Shown piece after piece: positions 1 to 9,640 of a stretch of DNA of 64,000 nucleotides (positions within the stretch are counted from its first letter, which is position 1; each line of letters starts with the position of its first letter). Source of the DNA: Ignavibacteria bacterium (lineage in GTDB: Bacteria > Bacteroidota > Ignavibacteria > UBA10030 > SZUA-254); NCBI GenBank assembly GCA_016178625.1, contig JACOSX010000129.1, positions 3,898 through 67,897 on the forward strand, in the 5' to 3' direction. The notes beneath the pieces are model-generated. The model worked only from the letters and a program-made list of their open reading frames with translations, did no database searches and was not told the DNA's origin. A program made the position numbers and the translations under genes.

Positions 1-611
1 CCCCATTGACGGAAGGGCCAACGCATATACGGCGACGATCCATGTCGCGTGCCGGAGCAATAAGGTGGGTGATGAAAATACACCAGCTTCCACTGTTCAG
101 TCGATGAGCTCAAAGCGTTCTGAAGCCATGTCCCTTGCGTTGAAGTAGCAGTGTGTCCGTCCGGATCACTGCTGTCGCTATCGACAACATAGAAATGAAC
201 GGGACCGCGAACAAAATCATAATACCGTTCGTTGCCGGGAAGGGTGAAGTAATTGAGGTATGGTGTTGCACCCGGAGTGAGCCATTCGTGATTGCCCATT
301 GCAGGGAAAAATCGGTTGAGAGTGTCACCGCTGCCGTAACTTCCCGAGTAGGGGTAAATGAACTGATGATAATATTGACCAATGTTGGCATCGATGGTCG
401 AGGCTTCACCGTATTCATAATTATTGTCGCCAACGGTGATGATAAAGTCCGGGTTCCAACTCTTCACAAGGTTGGATACATCAAGTTCCGCTTGCCCGGC
501 TAAGCCATAATCACCGATGACGGCGAAATGGATCGATCCCTGGGAGTAAAGGATCACTGGGTGGAAGAGGCACAGAACAATACCGCAGAGAAAAAGATGA
601 TGCACTCTCAC
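1..611 (-). CDS. Calcineurin-like metallophosphoesterase (purple-acid-phosphatase-like), secreted. 3' end lies outside the window.
   Basis: The minus-strand frame runs off the window edge and is absent from the ORF track. It opens with a signal-like N-terminus (VRVHHLFLCGIVLCLFHPVILYSQ, GTG at 611). It carries the phosphoesterase motifs GDYG, ITVGDNNY, MGNHEW and VYFHHPPY. The two listed ORFs, 110..433 (-) and 153..503 (+), are in other frames. Confidence 0.7.
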   Translation of the reverse strand, partial: MRVHHLFLCGIVLCLFHPVILYSQGSIHFAVIGDYGLAGQAELDVSNLVKSWNPDFIITVGDNNYEYGEASTIDANIGQYYHQFIYPYSGSYGSGDTLNRFFPAMGNHEWLTPGATPYLNYFTLPGNERYYDFVRGPVHFYVVDSDSSDPDGHTATSTQGTWLQNALSSSTEQWKLVYFHHPPYCSGTRHGSSPYMRWPFRQW

Positions 612-965
612 TTCGCAATTGTGAAATAATAATGTTGTTGAATATAGGAAAATCCGCGTTGAAAGAGAAACGAAAATGGGTAGTGTATCAATTCAAGAAA
701 AACATTTCAGTGGGAGAGGCATTTGGCGAAGCCATCCCCTCGGGACTTGCCTGTCAGACAGGTCTATCTACGATCCTACGAATCGTAGATTCGTAGAACG
801 ACTCTATCGAGTCGAAGTCTACGACCCTTCGGGTCGATAGACCCGTGGGGACTCGTCGAGAATGTCTGACCTACCAAGACCCCAACCTGATGCACTACCC
901 GAAAATTCTGGCTTGTGTCACGATGTGGACCGTGACGCCTGTGAAATTGAGCCACCACCGAAAAT

Positions 966-2519
966 TCATTCTTCAGGAACAGTGAATTCCTTCTCCTTCG
1001 GACGGATGTCATCATACATCCTCTTCATGGAATTATAGGCGGAGCGGTTACCGCGCTGTGCAGCAGTTCTGTAGAGTCTTGCTGCTTCGGCTTTGCTTTG
1101 TTTCACCCCAGATCCGGTTTCGTAGCAGTATCCGAGGGCTATTTGTGCGAGCACAGAGCCTTCCCGCATCTCTTGTCTGAGTGAATCGACTATTCCCCCT
1201 GACCGGTGTGAACTGTCTCGTGCTGTAAGGTTCGCTACTGTCATGCGGATGTGCGCTTCACGGCTGCCGAGTTCGGCAGCTTCTCTCCAATATGATATTG
1301 CCTTTCGTCGATCTTTCGTTACCCATCTTCCTTGTGCGTAGCATGTTCCCAGCTCAATAAGAGCATCGCTGTTGTGGTTCGATGCAGCTCGCTTAAGCAT
1401 CTCGAGTGCCTGTTCGATAGTAAGCTGAGAATCGAACTGGATCGCAGCGAGTCCTCCCCAGACGAATCGCGCGTCTGGATCGTTCGTATCGACACGGGAT
1501 TTCAATGACTCGAAGTAACCATGTTCGTGGACAAGTTTCCATAACAATTCTGCAGCCCTGGGTGAATCGAGGCGGATTGCACGCAAGTACTGAACGCTTG
1601 CCTGGACGAGATCTTTCTTGACGTATGTCCCGCGCTCGAAACATCTGCCAAGGAGCGTCAGCCCTTCCGGGCTTCCTGCCTCAGCCGAAGATCGAAGCGA
1701 AATAATCAAGGAGGAGTCTATCTTCGCCGGTTGAGTTGTTGTCAAGATCCCGGACTGTTCATTCAACGCTTCGCCCCCGTCGCGCATTGCTTCTTCGACG
1801 AGTATGGTATCGTTCGTGGATGAAGTCGTATCCCGGTTAAAATCGAGGAATATCAACCCGTGCGATGATGAAGAGTGATGAGAAGATGAATCGCTGTTTT
1901 GGATAGCTGCGTCCCGAGTAGAGTTGCTGCCCGATCCGGTCCATCGCTTCTCAAGTTCCATTAATAGCTCGAAGGCAGGTTCATATCCGGAATCGGCGGC
2001 AGTCTTCACGAGACAATACGCTTCGGTTTCATTTCTCGGAACGACCAGATTATCCATCAGGAATATGGCTAACACGTATTGAGCATCGGGCATCTCTTCT
2101 GCAGCATAAAGGAAATTCTGATACGCATCAAACGGATCCCACTCGACGCCCCATCCATGCAATTCGAAAACTCCAAGATTGAACATCGCTGGAACAAACC
2201 TGTGCAGCGCCGCCTTCTTGATCCAATACGCAGCCTTCAGAGTATCAACGGGAAATCCCTCACCAAGGAAATACCGTAGGCCAAGTTCGTGCTGTGCGAT
2301 GACGTCGCCACTGTTGGCATTCTGGGTAAGTGTGAAGTTGTACCAGTCGCGATCTACCGCATTGATGGGCTTTACCAGTGGAGATGTTCGCGGTGGAATG
2401 TAATCCCTGAAGACCGGACTATTAGGATGTGTCTGTGTTTCGCCTGCCGAAACGAACCCGGTGCTGAAGAGGGAGAGGAGCATGAGTGAAAGGACCCCAT
2501 GTTTGAAAAGGCGTCGCAT
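966..2519 (-). CDS. Sel1-repeat (TPR-like) secreted protein
   Basis: Several Sel1-type repeats are present, for example LGLRYFLGEGFPVD, LGTCYAQGRWVTKD and IALGYCYETGSGVKQS. A signal peptide (MRRLFKHGVLSLMLLSLFSTGFVSA) follows the internal ATG at 2519; the ORF-track start at 2627 would prepend 36 residues with no signal character. There is also a Ser/His-rich low-complexity segment. Confidence 0.7.
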   Translation of the reverse strand: MRRLFKHGVLSLMLLSLFSTGFVSAGETQTHPNSPVFRDYIPPRTSPLVKPINAVDRDWYNFTLTQNANSGDVIAQHELGLRYFLGEGFPVDTLKAAYWIKKAALHRFVPAMFNLGVFELHGWGVEWDPFDAYQNFLYAAEEMPDAQYVLAIFLMDNLVVPRNETEAYCLVKTAADSGYEPAFELLMELEKRWTGSGSNSTRDAAIQNSDSSSHHSSSSHGLIFLDFNRDTTSSTNDTILVEEAMRDGGEALNEQSGILTTTQPAKIDSSLIISLRSSAEAGSPEGLTLLGRCFERGTYVKKDLVQASVQYLRAIRLDSPRAAELLWKLVHEHGYFESLKSRVDTNDPDARFVWGGLAAIQFDSQLTIEQALEMLKRAASNHNSDALIELGTCYAQGRWVTKDRRKAISYWREAAELGSREAHIRMTVANLTARDSSHRSGGIVDSLRQEMREGSVLAQIALGYCYETGSGVKQSKAEAARLYRTAAQRGNRSAYNSMKRMYDDIRPKEKEFTVPEE

Positions 2520-2607
2520 CCCTTGCCGATGATTCTCATATAGTAAGAGTGGGATGAGACAATGTTGTGCTACGGGAAGGTCGTTTCGTGAGTGACGAGG
2601 CGCCTTG

Positions 2608-3546
2608 CTACACCTTTTCAATATCATGAATCTTTTTCAAGTCGATACTGATCATGCCATCGTCTGCGGGTTGGAACATGTCGGCGAACTTTGCTCTCCA
2701 AATGATTTCGTCGTGTTTGTAGGAAGATCGCGAATGAACGGTCTGCGAGAATGTTTCGTCGACCGCTGTGAGGAGGATGACGATCTCGGCGTCGGATGAC
2801 TCGAAATCCTCTTTAGTGACTCGAAAGAGTGGGCTGGTTCCATCGATCGGGTGGACGATCACCCAATGCAACGGAAAGAACATCACTGATTCTCGTTCGA
2901 GACTAAGCGGATGGAACTTACGGATTGTCTTTCCGCCTTCGGTCTCATTTCTTGTTAGAACAACAGTTGCGTGGACTTCTATCAGCTCGTTACTGCGTTC
3001 GTTCGCGATCCGAAATTCAAGTGCCATGATGTCCCGATAGGGCGCGATCACCGCGTGTCGACTGTACACAATAGATGCACTCGGTCGTGAGAATCTGGCA
3101 AACAGCAGACCGGTAGCAAGAGCGAACCCCAGCAATCCGGCAAGTGCTTCTATTGCGACGAGAATGTTTGCGGCAATGCCGTTTGGACTCATCTTCCCGT
3201 AGCCGATGGTTGCCAGGGTCTGCACGCTGAAGAAAAAAGCTTCAAGAAGCTGTTCACTGAGTGATCGACCCTCTGCGCCGTGTAGGGCGTCAGATCCACA
3301 CAGAACATATCCTATTGCGAATACGACATTCGTCAAAAAATAGGCGAGGATGATGAGGGAGAAGAACTTCAACCACGACATTGTGAGCAGGGAATGGTAG
3401 GTATTCTGTGAGCGGAAGAAGGAAAGCCCTCTTCGAGTGACGTTGAAGCTCCCGTCCCTGTTGAGAAAGCGCTTACGGCTTTGCTGTGTTACGCGTGAGC
3501 CTAAGCCTAAGTCTCTATCGATGTCTTGTTGCGAAGGACTAACCAT
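2608..3546 (-). CDS. Inward-rectifier potassium channel (KirBac family)
   Basis: The N-terminus (RKRFLNRDGSFNVTRRGL) matches the Kir cytoplasmic motif. TM1 is followed by a pore helix with the TIGYG selectivity filter (FFFSVQTLATIGYG), then TM2 and a C-terminal beta-rich cytoplasmic domain. Confidence 0.75.
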   Translation of the reverse strand: MVSPSQQDIDRDLGLGSRVTQQSRKRFLNRDGSFNVTRRGLSFFRSQNTYHSLLTMSWLKFFSLIILAYFLTNVVFAIGYVLCGSDALHGAEGRSLSEQLLEAFFFSVQTLATIGYGKMSPNGIAANILVAIEALAGLLGFALATGLLFARFSRPSASIVYSRHAVIAPYRDIMALEFRIANERSNELIEVHATVVLTRNETEGGKTIRKFHPLSLERESVMFFPLHWVIVHPIDGTSPLFRVTKEDFESSDAEIVILLTAVDETFSQTVHSRSSYKHDEIIWRAKFADMFQPADDGMISIDLKKIHDIEKV

Positions 3547-3551
3547 CGGGA

Positions 3552-4502
3552 TCAGTGTCCGGAACCTTTATACATTTTCTCTCCAGCTTCCACCCGAATA
3601 GGCAGATGATTTTGCCGAGGTGGAATTGGACACGTGGCATACTCTGTGAACACACAGGGCCAATTATATGCCTTGTTGAAATCGAGAATGACGCGATTCT
3701 CCTTGTCGGGCAAAGAAGCGTACAGTTGTCGCCCCATGCCGTATGTTTCTTTGCCGCTTGTCTCATCGCTGAACATGATGAACAGTTGGTCATCCGTTCC
3801 AACCTCCATCACCGCATCGAGACGGCAAGGTTTTTCGTCAACATTGAACACGAGTGCGCCAGGACATGAATCGTTTTCCACAGTGCCGATGACGGATGCG
3901 ATCGGAATCTTCTTTGGAGGATTGTACGGTTCGAACTTCGCCTCAACCCGCCACTTCGGATCGATCGGGAAATACTCCAAGCCTTTGAAGTTCACTCGTG
4001 CCGGATTCTCCTTGTCCTTCACTCGCACGCCAAGCTGTTCACCGCGTTTGATCACATAGAAGCTCAACGTACCGAGATGTAATATTGTAGGATCGGTCAA
4101 ACCTTCACCGTCGGATTGAAGGGATAGCGCTGTGACGACCGAATCCTTCACTTTGATCTCTGCGCCCGATCGGGCTTGCATGCGTAGTGATCCCTTCTCA
4201 AGCCAGATAGCTCCGGCAACTCTTGGCGCTTTGCCGGTAGGAAAGATGATCGCATTCGTCGAATCGGTGCCGAAGGTGTTCTCTCCTTCCTTGAGCCAGA
4301 ATAATCCGCAGAGGGTGAGCCAGCCGGTGTCACTCTTCAGTCGAGTGAGGCGGTGCTCTTTCCATTGCTCGATTTCATCCCGATGAGCATTTACGTCAAA
4401 CGTACCTGACGTCTTGTTGCAACCGATGACTGCAATCATCAGAGAGAGGAGCGTCGTTATCGCCGACAGGATATGTGTATTATTTCGATGTGGTTTTTGC
4501 AT
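3552..4502 (-). CDS. DUF1684-family lipoprotein (function unknown)
   Basis: A lipoprotein signal carries the lipobox LMIAVIGC. The C-terminal block DFNKAYNWPCVFTEYATCPIPPRQNHLPIRVEAGEK matches the conserved NPxCAY...CPxPP signature I recall for DUF1684. Confidence 0.5.
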   Translation of the reverse strand: MQKPHRNNTHILSAITTLLSLMIAVIGCNKTSGTFDVNAHRDEIEQWKEHRLTRLKSDTGWLTLCGLFWLKEGENTFGTDSTNAIIFPTGKAPRVAGAIWLEKGSLRMQARSGAEIKVKDSVVTALSLQSDGEGLTDPTILHLGTLSFYVIKRGEQLGVRVKDKENPARVNFKGLEYFPIDPKWRVEAKFEPYNPPKKIPIASVIGTVENDSCPGALVFNVDEKPCRLDAVMEVGTDDQLFIMFSDETSGKETYGMGRQLYASLPDKENRVILDFNKAYNWPCVFTEYATCPIPPRQNHLPIRVEAGEKMYKGSGH

Positions 4503-4680
4503 TGTCTACCTCGAGTATGAACAATGTTTCTTGTTATCCCCGCCGTACATCGGTCTGTTGCGGTTAGGGATTGCCTTGTATGAAATGTACGAATCCCTGT
4601 TGAGAATCACTACCATGGATCTAAACACCGTTTGTGGATGCCGTTCAAGAAATCCGCTCCTCGCCAGAGTAAGATCAATG

Positions 4681-6123
4681 TTACTCGCCTTCCACAAAAA
4701 TTCTAAAGCCATGCGGCTCCAATGTCACCTCCAACGGTATCGAGGGTTCGATGGCTACAGGCGAGCCGGTAAAATGATCCTTCATCGAGAGCCTCTTCCG
4801 TTGTTTGAGGATCTTATCGAAAGGAATTTGCAAGGTGACTGTTCTAGAGACATTGGAAAAGTTCAACGCTATCAATATTCGATCATCACCGAGAAGCCGG
4901 AAGAATGTAAACACATTGTTGTCATCGGAAGAAGGAACGTGTACCATCTCGCCGCGAGAAAGTGCTTTGTGCTCTCTTCGCAGCGCGAAGAGTGTTTTGT
5001 AAAGGTCTTCCATCTCATGCGGTTTGCTCCAATCTACCTCAACCTTCTCAAAGAGACTCAACTCCTTGTCGTTTGCGACTTCGTCGCCTGTGTACATCAA
5101 GGGAATGCCGGAAATAGTGTTGATGAGGACAGTGGAGAGTATACGTTCGTCAAATTCATACTGCATCATCGCCGATCCTTCCAACGCGGTCTTGACTTGG
5201 TTTGTGTTGAAGCGTAGACGCAAGCTTCCGGTTGGAAATTGTGATGCCTCTGTGTTCAAGATTGTGTCAAGCGCCGTTGCTGGTCGTGTTCCTTTGAGCA
5301 ACGGATTGAGCGCGCCGTAGAGGTTCCACGAGTAGGTAAGATCGAATGCTTTGAAGTGATGTTGTGGCAGCGATCCGTCCGAGAGCATCATCACCGGCTT
5401 GATCTTGTTCAGTCGCGCGCGAGCCTCTTCCCAAAAGTCGATCGGCACGAGTTCGGCGGCGTCACACCGAAAGCCATCGACGCCAATATCTTGGGTCCAC
5501 CATTCCATCATGGTCATCATGTACTTGCGCAAGCCCTGTTTCGAATAGTCCAAGTCGGCGACGTCTGTCCAATCTGCACGGGGAGAAACAATGTTGCCCT
5601 GTGCATCTTTCGTAAACCATTCGGGATGAAGTTTGATCAACTTGCTATCCCACGCCGTGTGGTTTACGACCAGATCGAGAATCAACTTCATGTCGTTCTT
5701 ATGGACGGTGTTTAAGAGTTGCTGAAACTCCACGATCGTTCCGAACTCTGGATTTACTTCATAATAATCTCTCACTGAATATGGATTCCCGAGCGTGCCC
5801 TTCCTGTTTTTTATCCCGATCGGATGGATGGGCATCAGCCACAGGACCGAAACGCCGAGTTCTTTCAGTTCGGGTATTCGCTTCTCTAGTGCTGCGAATG
5901 TTCCTGCGGGCGAGAAGGAGCGGAGATAAACACAATAGATGACGGCATCCCTCACCCAGTCGGCGCTTTTGATTGCCGGTTTGCTAGAGTAGTTGTTCTG
6001 TGTGCGTTCGTCGCGATCGCTCGTCACGCGTGAGGGCATCGGCCGGTCGATTGCTGCACTCGAGAGTAAGAAAAAGAAAGCCAGGGGATACGTAAAAAGG
6101 CTCATGATGCGACACGTGGGCAT
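4681..6123 (-). CDS. Alpha-amylase family glycoside hydrolase (GH13), secreted
   Basis: GH13 regions are present: DLVVNHTA, GFRCDAA (catalytic Asp) and LWLMPIHPIG. There is an N-terminal signal peptide; the true start may be the Met at about 6105. Confidence 0.8.
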   Translation of the reverse strand: MPTCRIMSLFTYPLAFFFLLSSAAIDRPMPSRVTSDRDERTQNNYSSKPAIKSADWVRDAVIYCVYLRSFSPAGTFAALEKRIPELKELGVSVLWLMPIHPIGIKNRKGTLGNPYSVRDYYEVNPEFGTIVEFQQLLNTVHKNDMKLILDLVVNHTAWDSKLIKLHPEWFTKDAQGNIVSPRADWTDVADLDYSKQGLRKYMMTMMEWWTQDIGVDGFRCDAAELVPIDFWEEARARLNKIKPVMMLSDGSLPQHHFKAFDLTYSWNLYGALNPLLKGTRPATALDTILNTEASQFPTGSLRLRFNTNQVKTALEGSAMMQYEFDERILSTVLINTISGIPLMYTGDEVANDKELSLFEKVEVDWSKPHEMEDLYKTLFALRREHKALSRGEMVHVPSSDDNNVFTFFRLLGDDRILIALNFSNVSRTVTLQIPFDKILKQRKRLSMKDHFTGSPVAIEPSIPLEVTLEPHGFRIFVEGE

Positions 6124-6139
6124 TTCAAAGAATTACAAC

Positions 6140-8293
6140 CTACTTGAGGGTGAGCGCTTTCGCTTCAATGGCTGCATTGAGCAAGCCAACGACATCTTCG
6201 AGTGTCACATTGCCGTAGTACCAAGAACCGGCTGCCAACTGTTCGGCGCGAACTCCTTTGTAAATATCGTAATAGCTGCGTTTGCCATCGACAAAGTTAA
6301 AGACCTCATCGTGCATTAAGCCGTGCAAGTTTCCCCTGAAATTAATCTTCCCGCGGTTCTCGAAGTAAGTTCTAAGAACTGAAGGATTTACCGGGACTCT
6401 CTTGCTTGCTTCGATTTCGGAGGAATCGATCTGTGGTTCCGGGAGTTTATTCCTCAACATCTCGGTTTGGTAGAGCTCCAGATCGCCCATCAAGCCCGTT
6501 GCTTTACTTTGCATTCGCGCGATAAAGCCTTCTATCATTGAAACCGCTTCTCGATCTTTTCGTGTAAAGACCTGAATAGAATTCAGTGCACGGATTTCAC
6601 GCAGGATTCCTTGTTCCATAAGAAGTCTAGCATCCTTCAACCCGCCGTTCAAAGAGACAATGGTTATAGAATCTTTTCGGAAACCCTCTTCGACTCGGAT
6701 CGCTGCTTGGAGATCGTTGGCTAACCTTTTCTCGCCTTGGGCAAAAGTCTCGCCGGCGAGCAACGGCACAGTCTTCTCATCTGCAAAAGCAAGAACGTAA
6801 GCCATTGCGCCCATCAAGAATGCATTGCGTTTCAGTTGAGTCTGATCAATCTGGTAAAGATCGTCGTCAGAGGAGTGGATGTACGGATCATCCCAATTGA
6901 TCGTTGCGACTGCAGGCACACCGATGATGCCTTCCACAAAACACATGTGGTCGGATGAATTGAAATATGGAACGAACCGCGCATTGTACCCGTCTCGTGT
7001 GCCGCGAGTCGAATAGAGCGGGCGCGTGAACGGGCGTGGGTAACCGCCCGCCCTGCTTGCAGCAAGGAACGCGTTGTTCGTAAGAATCAGATAGTTGCCG
7101 ATGCTCTCAAAGATTGCATCGAGATATGATGTGCGCGAGTGAGGAGCGAAGATGAGATGCTGCACTCGGCTGCCCATCCGTTGGTTGGCTCCAACCATAT
7201 CTTGATGAATGTTTGCCAGAAATTTCTTTGGCTCGTCAGGAAAATCCTGGAAGTATTTGTACTCCGATGAAATCTCATCAGTCCACCAGAATCGGATGTC
7301 ACGCAGAGGTCGCGGCATCTTGCCTTCTTTGATGAGCTTGTTGAAGGTGCGAGCGATCTCCAAAATGTTCGCGCAGCCGCTGCCGTCGTCGTTGGCTGAG
7401 CTTTTCTCTTCTTGTAGGTGAGCCGTAATAATGATTTGTTGATCGTGATATTTCGAGCCATGAATCCATCCTTCAACAAAGCCAGTGCGCCCAGGTTCTT
7501 TGCCGATTTCGGTAACCACTTTCGCCTTCAGAACAATTCGACCACCTTTGGTGCGTTTTCCCGTGGCGAAATAATCCTGCATTTGGTCGGTCTGGAGAAT
7601 TTTTTTCAACAACTCCCCTTTGCGCGGAGGGAGGATGAACGCGAACGTTCCTTTCTTTCCTTCGGGCGGTGTGAGAGGAATTCTACTCCACGCGATCTGA
7701 TCAGGAACGTCCATCGGGTTACGTGACTCCGATGTCTGGTATGAAACAACGCCGAGTGCGCCTTTGCCCCACACCGCGTTCTGCACTGCACCACCCGGGG
7801 ATCGATTCGTCAGCACAATTTTTCCCACAACATCGAGACCGGTAAGGCTATCGTCCTTTGCATCGCCGATCCACACTAATTCTGCAGTGACGTCTGCGGT
7901 ATGACTTCCATCCGCAAGGTAGACCGGATGGTCAGCCATGTCTGCCAGTTTCACCTCAACGGGCTCGACCATCCAGAGCTCGGCACTCCGGGCTGTATAA
8001 TTTGGATGACCCAGCGTCTGCTCAATGAAGTGGACATTCTCTAAGCCCGCCTCGTGTGCTGCCTGCATGACATAATCGGCAGCGTTGAAGAATCCCTCCA
8101 TTCCAGAATCGCGATGCCACTGACTCAACACGCGGATGTGTTCGAACGCCCGATCTCCGGAGAGTTCGTTGCTCAACATACGGATGTCATCATCGGTGAG
8201 GAAGGGGATCTTTTGCGCGAGGCATGGGTGGAACGGAACGAATAAGAGGAAAATAAGAACGTATGATATCAAGGAAAACGATGGTCTGATCAT
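6140..8293 (-). CDS. M28-family zinc peptidase (PA-domain-containing aminopeptidase/carboxypeptidase-like), secreted
   Basis: Signal peptide present. M28 metal-ligand blocks include HLQEEKSSANDDGSGCANILEIARTF, HQDMVG and HSSDD. Confidence 0.65.
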   Translation of the reverse strand: MIRPSFSLISYVLIFLLFVPFHPCLAQKIPFLTDDDIRMLSNELSGDRAFEHIRVLSQWHRDSGMEGFFNAADYVMQAAHEAGLENVHFIEQTLGHPNYTARSAELWMVEPVEVKLADMADHPVYLADGSHTADVTAELVWIGDAKDDSLTGLDVVGKIVLTNRSPGGAVQNAVWGKGALGVVSYQTSESRNPMDVPDQIAWSRIPLTPPEGKKGTFAFILPPRKGELLKKILQTDQMQDYFATGKRTKGGRIVLKAKVVTEIGKEPGRTGFVEGWIHGSKYHDQQIIITAHLQEEKSSANDDGSGCANILEIARTFNKLIKEGKMPRPLRDIRFWWTDEISSEYKYFQDFPDEPKKFLANIHQDMVGANQRMGSRVQHLIFAPHSRTSYLDAIFESIGNYLILTNNAFLAASRAGGYPRPFTRPLYSTRGTRDGYNARFVPYFNSSDHMCFVEGIIGVPAVATINWDDPYIHSSDDDLYQIDQTQLKRNAFLMGAMAYVLAFADEKTVPLLAGETFAQGEKRLANDLQAAIRVEEGFRKDSITIVSLNGGLKDARLLMEQGILREIRALNSIQVFTRKDREAVSMIEGFIARMQSKATGLMGDLELYQTEMLRNKLPEPQIDSSEIEASKRVPVNPSVLRTYFENRGKINFRGNLHGLMHDEVFNFVDGKRSYYDIYKGVRAEQLAAGSWYYGNVTLEDVVGLLNAAIEAKALTLK

Positions 8294-8336
8294 CTACACC
8301 TCGGCTGCTGTGAATGTGAACAGTTAGTCGTCTGAG

Positions 8337-8385
8337 GAAAAACCCTCCCTCGCACCGGAAAAGTTGGAGTGAGGGTTTGCATTAA
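8337..8385 (-). terminator. Putative intrinsic terminator downstream of the FKBP gene
   Basis: On the minus strand the sequence aaaccctc...gagggagggttttt forms a stem followed by a T-run. The loop is long, so this is a weak call. Confidence 0.3.
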
Positions 8386-8413
8386 AAATTAAGTTAACAA
8401 GGAGATAACGGAA

Positions 8414-9103
8414 TTACTTGATTGCAAGTAACTCAACGTCGAAGATGAGCGTCGCATTCGGTGGAACTGCCTGACCTGCACCACGCTCGCCGTAGCCGAG
8501 TTCCGCAGGAATATATAATGTCCACTTCGACCCAACGGGCATCAATTGTAGCGCCTCGGTCCATCCTTTAATGACGCCGTTGCAGGCGAACTCAGCAGGC
8601 TGTCCACGTTTAATTGAGCTATCGAACTCTGTTCCATCAATGAGCGTCCCACGATAGTGAACGCTGACTTTGTCAGTGTCCTTGGGTTTTTTCCCCTCGC
8701 CCATCTTCTGGACTTTGTATTGCAATCCGTCTGGAAGTGTCACGACGCCTTCCTTTTTCTTATTCTCGCTAAGGAATGTTTCTCCTTCTTTCTTGTTCTT
8801 CTCTAACTCTGCTTTCATATGTTCCTCTTGCTTTGCCATCATTTGTTTTTGAAATGCCATCATACAAACTTGAGCCATAGAATCACTCAAAATCTGTTTT
8901 CCACCCGCGACCATTGCTTTCATACCCTGTGCAAGCACATCAACGTCGACATCAACGAGCTGTTTCTTCAAGCTCCTACCGATATCCATCCCGATGCTGT
9001 AGCTTACACTATCTTTCTGAGTTTTGAGCTGTGCCTTGTCTTGTGTGTTACCTTGGCAGGCGATTAATCCGAGACAGAGTACCGCTGTCCAAACATATTT
9101 CAT
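8414..9103 (-). CDS. FKBP-type peptidyl-prolyl cis-trans isomerase (FkpA/Mip-like lipoprotein)
   Basis: The C-terminal FKBP domain reads VSVHYRGTLIDGTEFDSS...GVIKGWTEALQLMPVGSKWTLYIPAELGYG...ATLIFDVELLAIK. The N-terminus has the lipobox LIAC. Confidence 0.85.
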   Translation of the reverse strand: MKYVWTAVLCLGLIACQGNTQDKAQLKTQKDSVSYSIGMDIGRSLKKQLVDVDVDVLAQGMKAMVAGGKQILSDSMAQVCMMAFQKQMMAKQEEHMKAELEKNKKEGETFLSENKKKEGVVTLPDGLQYKVQKMGEGKKPKDTDKVSVHYRGTLIDGTEFDSSIKRGQPAEFACNGVIKGWTEALQLMPVGSKWTLYIPAELGYGERGAGQAVPPNATLIFDVELLAIK

Positions 9104-9640
9104 TTTGCAAATCCTTTCGTTGATAGGGGTTATAGTGGGGCAGGTATCTCCTGTCCCAAGAATTAAAGTTTCTAATAATACGATTTTTGACGGCGTTAAT
9201 CAAATCTACCGGTGTAGATATCGAAATCTTCGATTTCATTTCTGCTCTTGGGGAGGAGAATTACTACGCGATCCGAGAACTCATTGGGGCGTCTTGCCTC
9301 CATAGGCTTATGATTTAGGTATGTAAACTTCGAGTATAAATGGTTCCGGCTCTTTGATCTTATTGTTTTCTGTTTAACCAACCATTCAACTAACCACTCG
9401 AAGTCTGTTAACTTGACTTTCTCATAATATATTTCGACATTTAGGTGGTTCTACAGTTCGATCATTGCCGAATAATAAGACGAACGAATGTTGCAAGACA
9501 CAAGAACCCGCACATTGATTAGCTCATTCGCCATGTGGGGAGGGTTGACGACGGATGCACCCAAGTGTAATCCGAAGCACTTGCTCCCACCTTTATCATT
9601 TCTCAATCAACCTCATTCAAAATCTTTCTCAGGAGGAACT

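Noticed and set aside
110-503. ORF-track entries 110..433 (-) and 153..503 (+) at the left edge
   Set aside because: Their translations show no recognisable motifs. The third frame on the minus strand encodes a clear signal-peptide-bearing metallophosphoesterase (GDNNY, GNHE, HHPPY) that runs off the window, so these two are shadow ORFs of the real gene.
776-1015. 79-aa minus-strand ORF inside the 612..966 spacer
   Set aside because: It lies across the palindromic repeat cluster. Its amino-acid sequence (Arg-rich, driven by CGA/CGG repeats) reflects the repeat and does not look like protein.
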